DNA of 64,000 nt from Bugula neritina (Eukaryota; Animalia; Bryozoa), in assembly GCA_964035545.1 (NCBI GenBank), contig OZ037765.1, positions 34,744,080 to 34,808,079 of the forward strand, written 5' to 3'. The notes beneath the pieces were generated by a model that saw only the letters and a program-made list of their open reading frames with translations, did no database searches and was not told the origin of the DNA. Position numbers and translations under genes: made by a program. Positions 8,884 to 23,200 of this stretch are shown one piece after another. Every line of letters begins with the position of its first letter. Position 1 is the stretch's first letter.

Positions 8884-11800
8884 GTCACAAGTGCTCCAGA
8901 TGTCACACATACCGGGGAAAGTGACGGAGTCAGAAATGTAAGGAATTAGAGAGACGTATCGCGCCACGTTCTCCTGGAGTATATATTATATATATAGATA
9001 TAGGTATTACATTGTAGTATATTACATATATAGGTATTATATTGCAGTATGTTACATATATAGGTATTACATTGTAGTATGTTACATATATAGGTATTAT
9101 ATTGTAGTATATTACATATATAGGTATTATATTGTAGTATATTATATATATATAGGTATTATATTGTAGTATATTACATATATAGGTATTACATTGTAGT
9201 ATGTTACATATATAGGTATTATATTGTAGTATATTACATATATAGGTATTATATTGCAGTATGTTACATATATAGGTATTACATTGTAGTATATTACATA
9301 TATAGGTATTATATTGCAGTATGTTACATATATAGGTATTACATTGTAGTATGTTACATATATAGGTATTATATTGTAGTATATTACATATATAGGTATT
9401 ATATTGTAGTATATTATATATATATAGGTATTATATTGTAGTATATTACATATATAGGTATTACATTGTAGTATGTTACATATATAGGTATTATATTGTA
9501 GTATATTACATATATAGGTATTATATTGCAGTATGTTACATATATAGGTATTACATTGTAGTATATTACATATATAGGTATTATATTGCAGTATGTTACA
9601 TATATAGGTATTATATTGTAGTATATTACATATATAGGTATTATATTGTAGTATATTACATATATAGGTATTATATTGTAGTATATTACATATATAGGTA
9701 TTATATTGCAGTATGTTACATATATAGGTATTACATTGTAGTATGTTACATATATAGGTATTATATTGTAGTATATTACATATATAGGTATTATATTGTA
9801 GTATATTATATATATATAGGTATTATATTGTAGTATATTACATATATAGGTATTACATTGTAGTATGTTACATATATAGGTATTATATTGTAGTATATTA
9901 CATATATAGGTATTATATTGTAGTATATTATATATATATAGGTATTATATTGTAGTATATTACATATATAGGTATTACATTGTAGTATATTACATATATA
10001 GGTATTATATTGCAGTATGTTACATATATAGGTATTACATTGTAGTATGTTACATATATAGGTATTATATTGTAGTATATTACATATATAGGTATTATAT
10101 TGTAGTATATTATATATATATAGGTATTATATTGTAGTATATTACATATATAGGTATTACATTGTAGTATGTTACATATATAGGTATTATATTGTAGTAT
10201 ATTACATATATAGGTATTATATTGCAGTATGTTACATATATAGGTATTACATTGTAGTATATTACATATATAGGTATTATATTGCAGTATGTTACATATA
10301 TAGGTATTATATTGTAGTATATTACATATATAGGTATTATATTGTAGTATATTACATATATAGGTATTATATTGTAGTATATTACATATATAGGTATTAT
10401 ATTGCAGTATGTTACATATATAGGTATTATATTGTAGTATATTACATATATAGGTATTATATTGCAGTATATTACATATATAGGTATTATATTGTAGTAT
10501 ATTACATATATAGGTATTATATTGTAGTATATTACATATATAGGTATTATATTGCAGTATATTACATATATAGGTATTATATTGTAGTATATTACATATA
10601 TAGGTATTATATTGTAGTATATTACATATATAGGTATTATATTGTAGTATATTACATATATAGGTATTATATTGCAGTATATTACATATATAGGTATTAT
10701 ATTGTAGTATATTACATATATAGGTATTATATTGCAGTATGTTACATATATAGGTATTATATTGTAGTATATTACATATATAGGTATTATATTGCAGTAT
10801 ATTACATATATAGGTATTATATTGTAGTATATTACATATATAGGTATTATATTGTAGTATATTACATATATAGGTATTATATTGCAGTATATTACATATA
10901 TAGGTATTATATTGTAGTATATTACATATATAGGTATTATATTGTAGTATATTACATATATAGGTATTATATTGCAGTATATTACATATATAGGTATTAT
11001 ATTGTAGTATATTACATATATAGGTATTATATTGTAGTATATTACATATATAGGTATTATATTGTAGTATATTACACTAGTATGACAGTACAAGTACCAA
11101 GTAAAGATGTTACAAGTTACAACGACTTGTTTAGTGGAAATATAGAGGCGACTCGGTCATTATTTCTCAAAATACACTAAAAATAATTGTTTTGAAACCT
11201 GAGTTAGAATACAAATACTTTGACCTTTGACCTGATATATACACGTTTTATACACTAGACTGTGAAGCATAGAGTGGGGGTATGCAGTAGCAGTCCTACC
11301 ATCTGAGTCTTCAAGTCGGTGGCCAGTTCCAGCACCGTTGGGGGCGGGGCCAGAGGTTTGAAGTATTTGGTAACGAAGACTGTCTTCCCATTGATGTCTA
11401 TAGCTGCCGTGGTAAAGTTCCTGTTGGGGAAAGACTTCTCCAGCTGCTCCATGTACTTGGCAGCCGCATTCAACAGCTCCTCTGATTCGTTACTCTCAAA
11501 CTAAAGAGTAGAGCAATGTGATTGGTCAGACCAATAGTATAGTGTGACTGTAACATGACTCATTAGCTAGTAGGGGCTACTAGTAGGGGCTACTAGTAGG
11601 GGCTACTAGTAGGGGCTACTAGTAGGGGCAACTAGTAGCCCCTACTAGTAGCCCCTACTAGTAGCACCTACTAGTAGGTGCTACTAGTAGGGGCAACTAG
11701 TTGGGAAACAGTAGGAGGAATAGTATATTAATAAGGTACAACCAGGGCACACCTGACTAGTTGTATGACAAGGTATACAGAATATTATGTAACACTATAT

Positions 11801-14800
11801 CACTAGAAACACTTATGACTATCCAACATTACCTGTAGAAATATATTCTGTAATGGAGAGAGATAAACCTGTCTGTAAAAAGTATTATAAAACTTCACAC
11901 AATGTATTTCAACTCTCCCACATTACTGAATACATTTCTCTGATACTTTATACTGAGCTAACTCAGTGAAATAATAAATAATATAGAGTCTAGTGCAGAA
12001 GATATCAAAACAACTATATTCTCACAGATATTGAGCTGAAATAATAAAGAGAAAAGCGTGAGGCTGCTTGGACAGAGTGTAAAGTCAGCTGACAGCCCTT
12101 AGAGAGTGTAAAGTCAGCTGACAGCCCTTAGAGGTTGTAAAGTCAGCTGACAGCCCTTAGAGAGTGTAAAGTCAGCTGACAGCCCTTAGAAATTGTAAAG
12201 TGAGTGGAAGCTGAAACACACTACAGCACTTGAAGGCACTTGAAGGGTGTAAATCAAGTTATATTATAAAATCATGTTGAATGAATTAAAATTCTTCCAA
12301 ATGATATTTACTAAACTTTCACAGATTCAAACACTGAATTCTGAGAGTTACAGAGCCTACCATGTCATCTGTAACCTGGAATAGAGTTTATAACAGAGTA
12401 GATATAGAGTAGAGTATACAGAGTAGATATACAGTAGATATAAAGTAGATATACAGAGTAGATATACAGAGTAGATTATATACAGTAGATACAGAGTAGA
12501 TATACAGTAGATACAGAGTAGATACAGAGTAGAGTATACAGAGTAGATATACAGAGTAGATACAGAGTAGATATACAGTAGATACAGAGTAGATATACAG
12601 TAGATATAGAGTAGATATACAGAGTAGATATAGAGTAGATATACAGAGTAGATATACAGAGTAGATGTACAGTAAATACAGTTTTTTATTTTAAACTAAA
12701 GTATAAAGCAGCTTTGCTATTGGCTGAAGAACAACAAATGAACTGAAGTGGTGCGACTCACTGTCTCCTTGAGGTCGGGTGCCATACCCAAAGACGGCTC
12801 AACTGTTATAAACATGCTGACGTGAGTATTGTCAGCGCTGGCCGCTGAGTCTTCTGCTGTTTTCTTCTTCACCTTCTCTCTGCTATACCCAAGTAGCACT
12901 GCGGGTGACTCCAGTCTGAACGTGCCTTCAATCTATGAGAGCAACTCAATATGTTATCTGCCAGCTCATTGGTGGGATTCAAGTTAAATACTACTCAAAG
13001 GAGAAAAGCTGAGGAAAGATGAATCATTGTATCAACAGACAGTATAGAGAAGATGGACTCACCACTCCATCCGAGTAGAGAGTAGCAAAGGGTATCTGAA
13101 TGCCGCCCAGCCACTTTTTATCGAGACGTCTGTGCACCTCCCGACCTCGTTGCCGGTCGTCCTGTAGAACGTCGATTACGTGTTCGTCGAACAAGTTGAT
13201 GTAGAGAGAGTCGTTGACAGTCTGGAGGTTAGTGGAGGAATAGTCGTTGTTGGGGGCTCTGGTAATACGGTATAGTAATACGGTATAGTAATACACAGTA
13301 TAGTAATACACAGTATAGTAATACACAGTATAGTATACACAGTATAGTATACACAGTATAGTAATACACAGTATAGTAATATATAGTATAGTATACACAG
13401 TATAGTAATACACAGTATAGTAATACACAGTATAGTAATACATAGTATAGTAATATACAGTATAGTATACAGAGTATATTAATATATAGCATAGTAATAT
13501 ATAGTATAGTAATACACAGTATAGTAATATAGTATAAACAAAAAGCTCCAACAATGAACTGAACAAATAACAGCAGACAGTGACAATAAAATATTGCCTT
13601 GGTTTCTTATCCAGAAATTTTTTACAATAGTTGAGGGTGGGGTCTGCGTACCACCACTGCAAGCTGTCAATACTGTAAAAAGAGAAGACATGCTGCTACA
13701 GGCAGTAATACAACATCTAACAGCTGTTGGTAATAGCAATTGGCAGCAGAAAAAATAGAGGTGGGCGGGTACAATGTGTAGAAGTGGGCGGGTACAATGT
13801 GTAGAAGTGGGCGGGTACAATATGTAGAAGTGGGCAGGTACAATGCGTAGAAGTGGGCGGGTACAATGTGTAGAAGTGGGCGGGTACAATGTGTAGAAGT
13901 GGGCAGGTACAATGCGTAGAAGTGGGCGGGTACAATGTGTAGAAGTGGGCGGGTACAATGAGTAGAAGTGGGCGGGTACAATGTGTAGAAGTGGGCGGGT
14001 ACAATGTGTAGAAGTGGGCGGGTACAATGAGTAGAAGTGGGCGTATAGAGAACAGAGTTCAACTCACCTAAAGGGTAGATTGAGTTCTTCATTCCAACTG
14101 GGGTTTGGTCCCTCAGCAACTGAAGTTGTCTTCTTCTCTCTCTGGAACATAACCTCAAAGAACGGCCGGACTTTGTGCTCTCTATATAAAACATGCTGTT
14201 GAAGTATTAGAAGACCTGCACAAAGGAGATGCACTGTCTGCATTCACACACCACTTCTACCCTCCCAAATCAAAGAGTTTATTTCTCTCCTGTACATATC
14301 TTATGTTAGCGCCATTCAGGACTTCCATAAGAAAAGCGATGACTCATTATCTATTAAAACTTAGAGAGTTTGACTTGTAACTAAATGAAATCTATAGGAA
14401 ATACAAAAGGGATAATCTGCAGCATCTGGTGCATATTATCTAAAACATTCTCCTGACACCATGTTTGAGTCTGACTCACTGTTTAGCAGACGTGGATGAC
14501 TCACCCGCCAGCAGACGTCCTTCCCTCACCAGACTGGTGGTCTTTGACAGCTCTACACGGCACATTGTACGCTCGTGTGATGTTTATCATAATTTTCACC
14601 TCTCTGTCCTGTAGGTTCTGTCCACTCACTGTCTTCCTTTCCTTCCTTCTGGGTCTGAGAGGGCGACGTGGAGCGAGCACATTGCCCAGGTTCAACACGA
14701 TAGCCCTGTCGGTCAGAAAGAGGCACAGTAGAGAGTGAGTGTGACAGAGTGTCTGTGATAGAGTGTGACAGAGAGAGAGTGACAGAGTGAGTGACAGAGT

Positions 14801-17216
14801 GTGTGACATAGTATAGACTATAGTTTGTGACAGAGAGTGTCTTTGGCAAAGTGAGAGAGAGTGAAAGAGTGAGAGAGGGTGTGTACGGGAGAAAAGTTAC
14901 TTACGCTATGTTTGGCACGCTGTCCTCCACAATGATGTCTTGTAGACTCTTTTGATGTGCTGCCGCTCGCTTCCTCTCCAGCACCTGCTCTCTGACTCTC
15001 TGCATGAACCTGGTGACTACTGCCCTGTGTGAGTCACTCTCCGTGTCCTTCACCTTAGCCTCATCGTCCAGTCTTTTATTGTACTCCTAATTAACACCAA
15101 GCTAAGGCTATGATTACTAGAATATACTAGAATACACTAGAATATACTAGAATACACTGGAATATACTAGAATACACTAGAATATACTAGAATACACTAG
15201 AATATACTAGAATACACTGGAATATCCTAGAATACACTACAGTACCTTGAATATATCTGGAGAGAGTTCGTGGGAAAAGGCAGGAACCATCTTCATGTTC
15301 CTGAACTCCATCACCTCTTTTTCTCGCAATTCCAGAATCTGCAGACGCTTGTCATTGGCGAGTTCTTCGTCCGTGGAGAAGTTGAATTCTTCCTGAAGTT
15401 GCTCGAGTCGAAAGTAGTCCGGGGCAGAGATCTTGTCTCCGCCTCCTTTGGGCTGCAATAGTGGGAGGAGCATAGAGTATATATAATACAGAGTGTAGAG
15501 TATATATAGTACAGAGTGTAGAGGATATATAATACAGAGTGTAGAGTATATATAGTACAGAGTATAGAGTATATATAATACAGAGTATAGTATATATAAT
15601 ACAGAGCATAGAGTATATATAATACAGAGCATAGAGTATATATAATACAGAGCATAGAGTATATATAATACAGAGTATAGAGCATATATAATACAGAGTG
15701 TAGAGTATATATAATACAGAGAGTAGAGGATATATAATACAGAGTGTAGAGTAGATAATACAGAGTATAGTATATATAATACAGAGTATATAGTGTATAT
15801 AATACAGAGCATAAAGTATATATAATACAGAGCATAGAGTATATATAGTACAGAGTGTAGAGTATATATAATACAGTGTATAGAGTATATATAATACAAA
15901 GTATAGTATATATGATACAGAGTATAGTATATATAATACCGAGTATAGAGTAGATATAATACAGAGTATATATAATACAGAGTACAGAGTATATATAATA
16001 CAGAGTATAGTATATAGAAATACAGAGTATAGTATATATAATACAGAGTATAGAGTATATATAATACAAAGTATAGTATATATGATACAGAGTATATATA
16101 GTATATATAATACCGAGTATAGAGTAGATATAATACAGAGTATATATAATACAGAGTACAGAGTATATTATATAATACAGAGTATAGAGTATATATAACA
16201 TATTGAATACATACTCGAAGTAAATAAACTAGTTCACTATTTGCCGGATCATTTGGATCGATGCGACTGTTACTCAGCCATTTTGATAACTTGTCCATAT
16301 CCATCATGGCCGACGCTCCTATCTCCATCACAGCATCCTTGCCTTTAGCAACTCTACGGAAACATTCAAAATATGTAAACATTCTCCCTAAATATTAACT
16401 AACTTATTATTTTGGTGAATAAAAAAAGAACAATTATAATAATTAAAACACAGAAAAATCTAATAATGGACATTTTCTACCCCTTTTTGGCCTCATTTAC
16501 ATATTTCTTTATAGCAAACTGCAAGTTTTTAGATATAAGCATTTAAGATTTTCAAGTTATTTCTGCCATAGAAAGATGGTAGCTGAATTTGCTGCTGGAT
16601 ATAACTTCGCATTAGTCACTAGAATATGACCAACACTCTATTGTGACTAGAGTATACTAGAGTACTGTGACTAGAGTATACTAGAGTATAGTCATACTGT
16701 GACTAGAGTATAGTATACTAGGGTACTGTTGGTAAACTCACCCGTGGCTGACAAAGGACGTAGAGGCAGCAGGGATGAGAGGATTACCATAAGAGTCAAC
16801 CCCCCAAGCGACTGACACCATCAGCTGACCAGACGTGAGGAGAGTCAGAGTTTCAGACACCTCGCCGTCTGCGTCCAGGGTGATAGGGATACCTGCATAT
16901 ATTATAGTGTATATATTACTACGTGTATATATATATATTACAGAATATATATATTACAGTATATATATATATATTACAGTATATATATATTACAGAATAT
17001 ATATATTACAGAATATATTACAGCATATATTATAGTACATATGTTATAGTACATATGTTATAGTATATATGTTATAGTATATACTACAGCATAATGCATA
17101 TACATATATCATAGTATATATTACAGTATATATATTACAGCACATATTACAGGATATATTACAGTATATATTATAGTATATATTACAGTATATATTATTA
17201 CAGTATATATATTACA

Positions 17217-17256
<40 letters not shown>

Positions 17257-20200
17257 CAGTATATATTACAGCATATATTACAGCATATATTATTACAGCA
17301 CATATTACAGGATATATTACAGTATATATTACAGGATATATTACAGGGTATATATTACAGCATATATTACTACGTGTAGTAATGACTCACCAGCACCGAC
17401 AGCCTCATGACTGAATGTCCTTCTTTGTTCCGTGGCGAACTCTAGCGAGTCAAGTTCTACTGCCTCTGCTGACGTAAGAGTGGTGGGTGGTATGGCAGCA
17501 AACACACTGGATATGTACCTGTCCTTTATCAGCCCTACCTCGTATATCTGCAGGTAAATAGTACTATATACATGTATGTAAATACCTGGATGTAGATATC
17601 AACTAGTACTATAAACATGTATGTAAATACCTGGATGTAGATATCAACTAGTATTATATACATGTATGTAAATACCTGGATGTAGACACTGTCCGGCCAC
17701 TGGATGATATGAACAGGAATAATTTGAGCGAAGGAAACGGTGAAGTCCTGGTTGAGCTGTCTACAGAAGATATTAACACTTTGTATTAATACATTCATTA
17801 TGTAACTGTTATTATAATCAGTGATATACATTTATTTACCTATTAGCCAAAACTAACTTACGTATAATACAAAAATAATTTCAGAAAAGATAAACCTATT
17901 TTGGAGTTGTCTTTCACTTTGAAAAATGACAGCCGATTGAAAGTCATTAAGAGTTGCCCTCCCCTCACTAAACTACTTCAGATAGTAATGTAGGGTTGGA
18001 ACTTAATGTAAGTGAGTTAGTTGATTGTCAGTGAGATGAAACTGAGTGAGCAGCATGTAATGATAGTAGCTGGAGTTTACAGTTTCACCTAATCTTTTGA
18101 GAAATAATATTTTTTACAGCTGAAAAAAGAAAGCAAATCTTCTTAAATTTTAAAGAAATAATTTTCAAGAATGAAAGACACGATGTAACAACACAGGAAG
18201 GACTGCCTAGTAAACACATTATATACTGTTTGATGTTACCAACAAATCTCAAAGCTTATTGGTGGCACGACTACTAGAGAGAGGTGAGTGAGGTGAGATG
18301 GTGGGATTGCTGAGTATGAGATGGTAGGTTATCCCACCTTGTGTCTGTCTTGGCCACCTCCTTGCCATTGAAGAAAACCTTAGCATAGAGACGACAACTC
18401 TGAACAGCTTCTCTCCTCTGCTGCTCCCCTCTGCAATGTCAAGGTCACTGAGTTATTAGAGAACAGACAGACAGACATGAACTTCCACTCTCAAAGGGTT
18501 CCGACAAGAGCCGGTACAGAAGTAATGACCACTAGAAGACGTGTAGCCAAGAGCTCAGAGTGGCTGGTCACTGCCTGGTGTGATGAAAACAGTTTATTAC
18601 TATAATAACTTGAGAGTAAATTGATTTGCTGTAGGCTGTACTTATTAGAATAATGTATTATATTATATATTAGAATAACATATTAAATATTCAATTGACA
18701 AGTAGAAGTAGACAAATATTTTATACATTTAATTATAGCCGGGCTGGAAGGCAACATCAAAGAGTTTGTAAATTCTGCTGAATAATTAACACAGGCATGA
18801 GAGAGACTATTAATAGCTCTGTCTGTGTACAACCTGTTGTGTAGCACATAGAGAGGAATAGAGTGGTTGACCGAGTTGTGAAGTACCGGGTCACTGGCTA
18901 GGAGTGTAGTCATGCATACAGGGTAATGGCAGTGGTGTGATATCACTGGGGGTTGGCAAGAGTTACACTGATTGTATCTCAACAGAGAATTCTAGGAACT
19001 GTCAGTTTAGTAGAGTATAGAGTCACAGTAGTAGAGTATACAGTCACAGTAGTAGAGTATAGAGTCACAGTAGTAGAGTATAGAGTCACAGTAGTAGAGT
19101 ATAGAGTCACAGTAGTAGAGTATACAGTCACAGTAGTAGAGTATAGAGTCACAGTAGTAGAGTATAGAGTCACAGTAGTAGAGTATAGAGTCACAGTAGT
19201 AGAGTATACAGTCACAGTAGTAGAGTATAGAGTCACAGTAGTAGAGTATACAGTCACAGTAGTAGAGTATACAGTCACAGTAGTAGAGTATACAGTCACA
19301 GTAGTAGGGTATACAGTCACAGTAGTAGAGTATACAGTCACAGTAGTAGAGTATAGAGTCACAGTAGTAGAGTATAGAGTCACAGTAGTAGAGTATACAG
19401 TCACAGTAGTAGAGTGTACAGTCACAGTAGTAGAGTGTACAGAGTCACACTCACATGGGACAGTCACGCAGACTCGTCACGTTAGTAGAGTAAGATATTT
19501 CTGTCGTCAGGATGGGTTCGCCGGGGCGTCTCTTTATTCTCTTGAACTTTTCCTCGATCTCCAACTTCACCAACTTCTCGTCAAACTTCCTGGGAGGTTC
19601 TGGTTTAGCCAGGTCCGGCTCATCGAGGATAGCTTGGTCCTTGGCGTTCTCCTCGATTTCTAGAATGTTCTCTACTTCGTCGTTGTCCTCCGTCTCTCTC
19701 TGTCTTCGCTTCATTCTTGCCCTAACTTCTTTCTGTATATAGAATAGCATGTATATAGCATAGCATGTATATATAGCATAGCACGCATATATGGTATAGC
19801 ATGTATATAGTATAGCATGTATATAGTATAGCATGCATATAGCATAGCATGTATATAGCATAGCATGTATATAGTATAGCATGCATATAGTATAGCATGT
19901 ATATATAGCATAGCATGTATATGGTATAGCATATATATATAGTATAGCATGCATATAGTATAGCATGTATATAGTATAGCATGTATATAGTATAGCATGT
20001 ATATAGTATAGCATGTATATATAGCATAGTATATCTACACTATACGTAGTCTATATAATCAGACTGTAACAGTTAGGAGTTGTGATCTCACTATACAAAA
20101 GATAACGCAGTCATTACACTTAGCAGTGGTGTCTATCACTGCATAGCCTGAGTACCTTAGTCTTCAGCTGCTCTTTGTAGTTAATAAGACTCGTCTCGTA

Positions 20201-23200
20201 CTCAGCCATCAGCGTGATGTAGGTCTGCTGGTACTGTTCTCTTCTCTCCTCCACCTCATCAGCTATCTCCATCTTTATTCGGTTTTTATCTTCTACTTTG
20301 TTGGTCTCCACTCTGTCAACAGACTCCACACTCAGATACAACTGTAGGGGGTGTGTAGGGGGTGTAAGGAGTGTGTAAGAAGTGTAGGGGGTGTGTAAGG
20401 AGTGTAGGGAGTGTGTAGGGGGTATAGGGAGTGTAGGGGGTGTGTAAGAAGTGTAGGGGGTGTGTAAGGAGCGTGGGGGTTATGTAAGGCACAATAATAA
20501 TGGATTAGAAGAATCAGGAAATATTATGTCAGCCCTCAACGTTCTTTCAACTTATAAAGGAGACAAACAGGGAATATCCCGTTGAAAGGACCAAGCCGAG
20601 ACAGGTGAATGTACAGCTTCAGTAGAATGCTATAACTTATAGTTATCTGTCATCAGATTATTATGTAATGGCATTCCAGGGAGGAAGAGAAGAGGCAAGT
20701 GTCAGTTGTGACAGGTTGTTACATGTACTTGCAGGTTCTTATGTGATCATACACAGTAATGTATTGCCACTTGATGCTATCTCAACTACGAGGAAACAGT
20801 CAAGTAGAGATTTACAATGTGACAGACAAGGGAAGACAACTTACAATACTGTTCTGTGTACACAGACAGTATAAGTTCTGGTGGGGTATTACAACAGCTT
20901 CACTTGGTAAGGTACCAAGTCATACTTGGTAAAGTATTAAGTCATACTTGGTAAAGCACTAAGACTAAGTCATACTTGGTAAAGCACTGAGTCATACTTG
21001 GTAAAGTACTAAGCCATACTTGGTAAAGTACTAAGCCATACTTGGTAAAGCACTGAGTCATACTTGGTAAAGTACTAAGTCATACTTGGTAAAGCACTAA
21101 GTCATACTTGGTAAAGTTGAGTTTGACTGGAGTGTTTGTGCAGTTCTGGTAAGCTCTCAGCTGCTTCAGACTGGTCCAGGTTTTAGTCACATTTTTCAGC
21201 AGCTTTCTGTCAGTGTCTTCTTCCGCATCGCAGGTCTCGCGCAGGTCCCTAAAACGGCGCTAAACTTTGTAGAAATGAGGCTAAGTATGAAATGTGTGGG
21301 TCACACCTGAAAATGTCGCTGTTTTTTGTCTGAAAGGTCAAGTAAACAAGAACTAGGAGAAATATTTGGATTATTCATGTTAAGTAATACATAAGATATG
21401 GTAGAGAAGAGTTATACCATATCAGACGAACTGACAAAGGAAAGGTGTATTTGCTTTTCCGTTCTACTCCATGTTTATACTCAAGAAATATAAATATATA
21501 ACTCAATGCTCAAAGTGCTGACTCTCAGTGCAGGCAGCAAACACTACTTCCGCTCTAAATCTGGTGGCGTATATCGGCAGCAATACTAGCTGCTGCTGCC
21601 AAACAGTGACCTGACAGCAGCAACTTTCTCAAACAACTTCCAATGACAAACAAAAACAATTTAGAAGTCAAGTTTAAGTATTTCGAATCATTGCCAAGAC
21701 AGTTACTGTAAGGTCAACTGAAGGTCAACTACTACGGATCTCAACATTTCATAAAACTCTGCATCCTGTCAAATTTTCAGGGAAAAGTCTGCCAAATCTA
21801 TGTAATAATTTTATTTGGTATCAAAATAAACGCTGCATAGAGTCGGTATCGATAGAGCGAGTTGTTAGATTTAGTTGATATATTTGCAAGGAAGGAGGTA
21901 TATTTAGCAAGGAATTTGTGTGTAATATTAGAAGGCAGTTTATGTAAATATAGAGTTTGTTTCTATCAACATGCAAATTCTTGCATATGGAAACAAACAC
22001 AGAGTAGCATAACATCTTGTTGTTTCACTGGTTTAGGTGACACAGGACAACTATAGATTAGCAATAAACTTCTAGTGGCATCACTGAGCAGGTAGTTAAT
22101 CTTGACAACAGTGTGAGAGCACCTTATCACACATGTCAAGTGGATGCACCAATACTAAGTTCAACAACAGGTAAACTAGTCACCAATTATTACCTGTAAT
22201 AGAGTTACAAGCTGTCTCTGAGGTCCAATAACGAGTTGCAACGTGCTGCAGACTGAGTAAAAGTGAGAGTTGCTAAAGGCGGGGTTCCGGTGGGAATTGC
22301 ACCCGGAGCACATGCATAGAATACAAGAGCTCTAACCCCGGGCCCACGGCTGCTTCCTAGATGCTGCAACTCTAATTACTGTATAGTGCAGTTTACCTGT
22401 TGATTATCTCATTACACTTGGAGCAAGTCTACCTCAGGGTTATAATTGGCCACATGAGTCTAGAATTAACTACTGCAAGTGTTAATAAAGACTTGCAGTA
22501 GAGGCAGGGGAGGTGAGGAGGAACTGGGCTGGACTAGGGTAGTCATCACAAACTATAAACTCTGCTGGCTACTGGAGTCTATTAGATGAGACGCAGGGGA
22601 CACCTTAGCAGATACCCTAGTAGAGAACATTTCACCAGCAATACAATGAACCTACCTAAATTATTTCACAAAATGGCAGACACCATTAAATAGCAAACTT
22701 TGCTCCTAAAGATAATTTAGAATGACAATGAATAATATGTGCATCTAGTTGCCCCCAATCAGGTTGACCTAGGAACTGACTCCTGACCAATAAGAGAGAG
22801 TTTGCACACCACATGACAACAAGCAACAAGCTCAGGGGGGGGGGGAGGGGAGAGGTAAGAGTACGCCCTGCTATGCAACTAATTCTACTCAGTAGAGCCG
22901 AGTACAACAGAAATGCTTTCCATGTAACTCAAACACTAGAGAGTTTAGCTGTTGGGGTTTCACTATCCACCTCAAGATATCTACAGTAACCCCTACAGTG
23001 ACTAGTGTAGTGTATACAGTAGTTACCACAGCTCGCTGGTGTAGTCTTTCAGTCTCCTGTTTAAGTTGCTGACGTACTGGTCATCTCCTTTCTCCACGTC
23101 GCTGTTCTGTGGAAGGGAATTCAACACTCAGAAAATGTTACATAAACTCAACGCGTGTTGCTTACAATAAAATCAATCTAACTTCACATTACTGAAAATA

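Noticed and set aside
7840-11093. Long ORFs 7840-8967, 7860-8924 and 10110-11093 with Cys/Tyr/Ile repeats
   Set aside because: They are translations of 36- and 30-bp intronic minisatellites; only 8884-8973 is a real CC2D2A exon.
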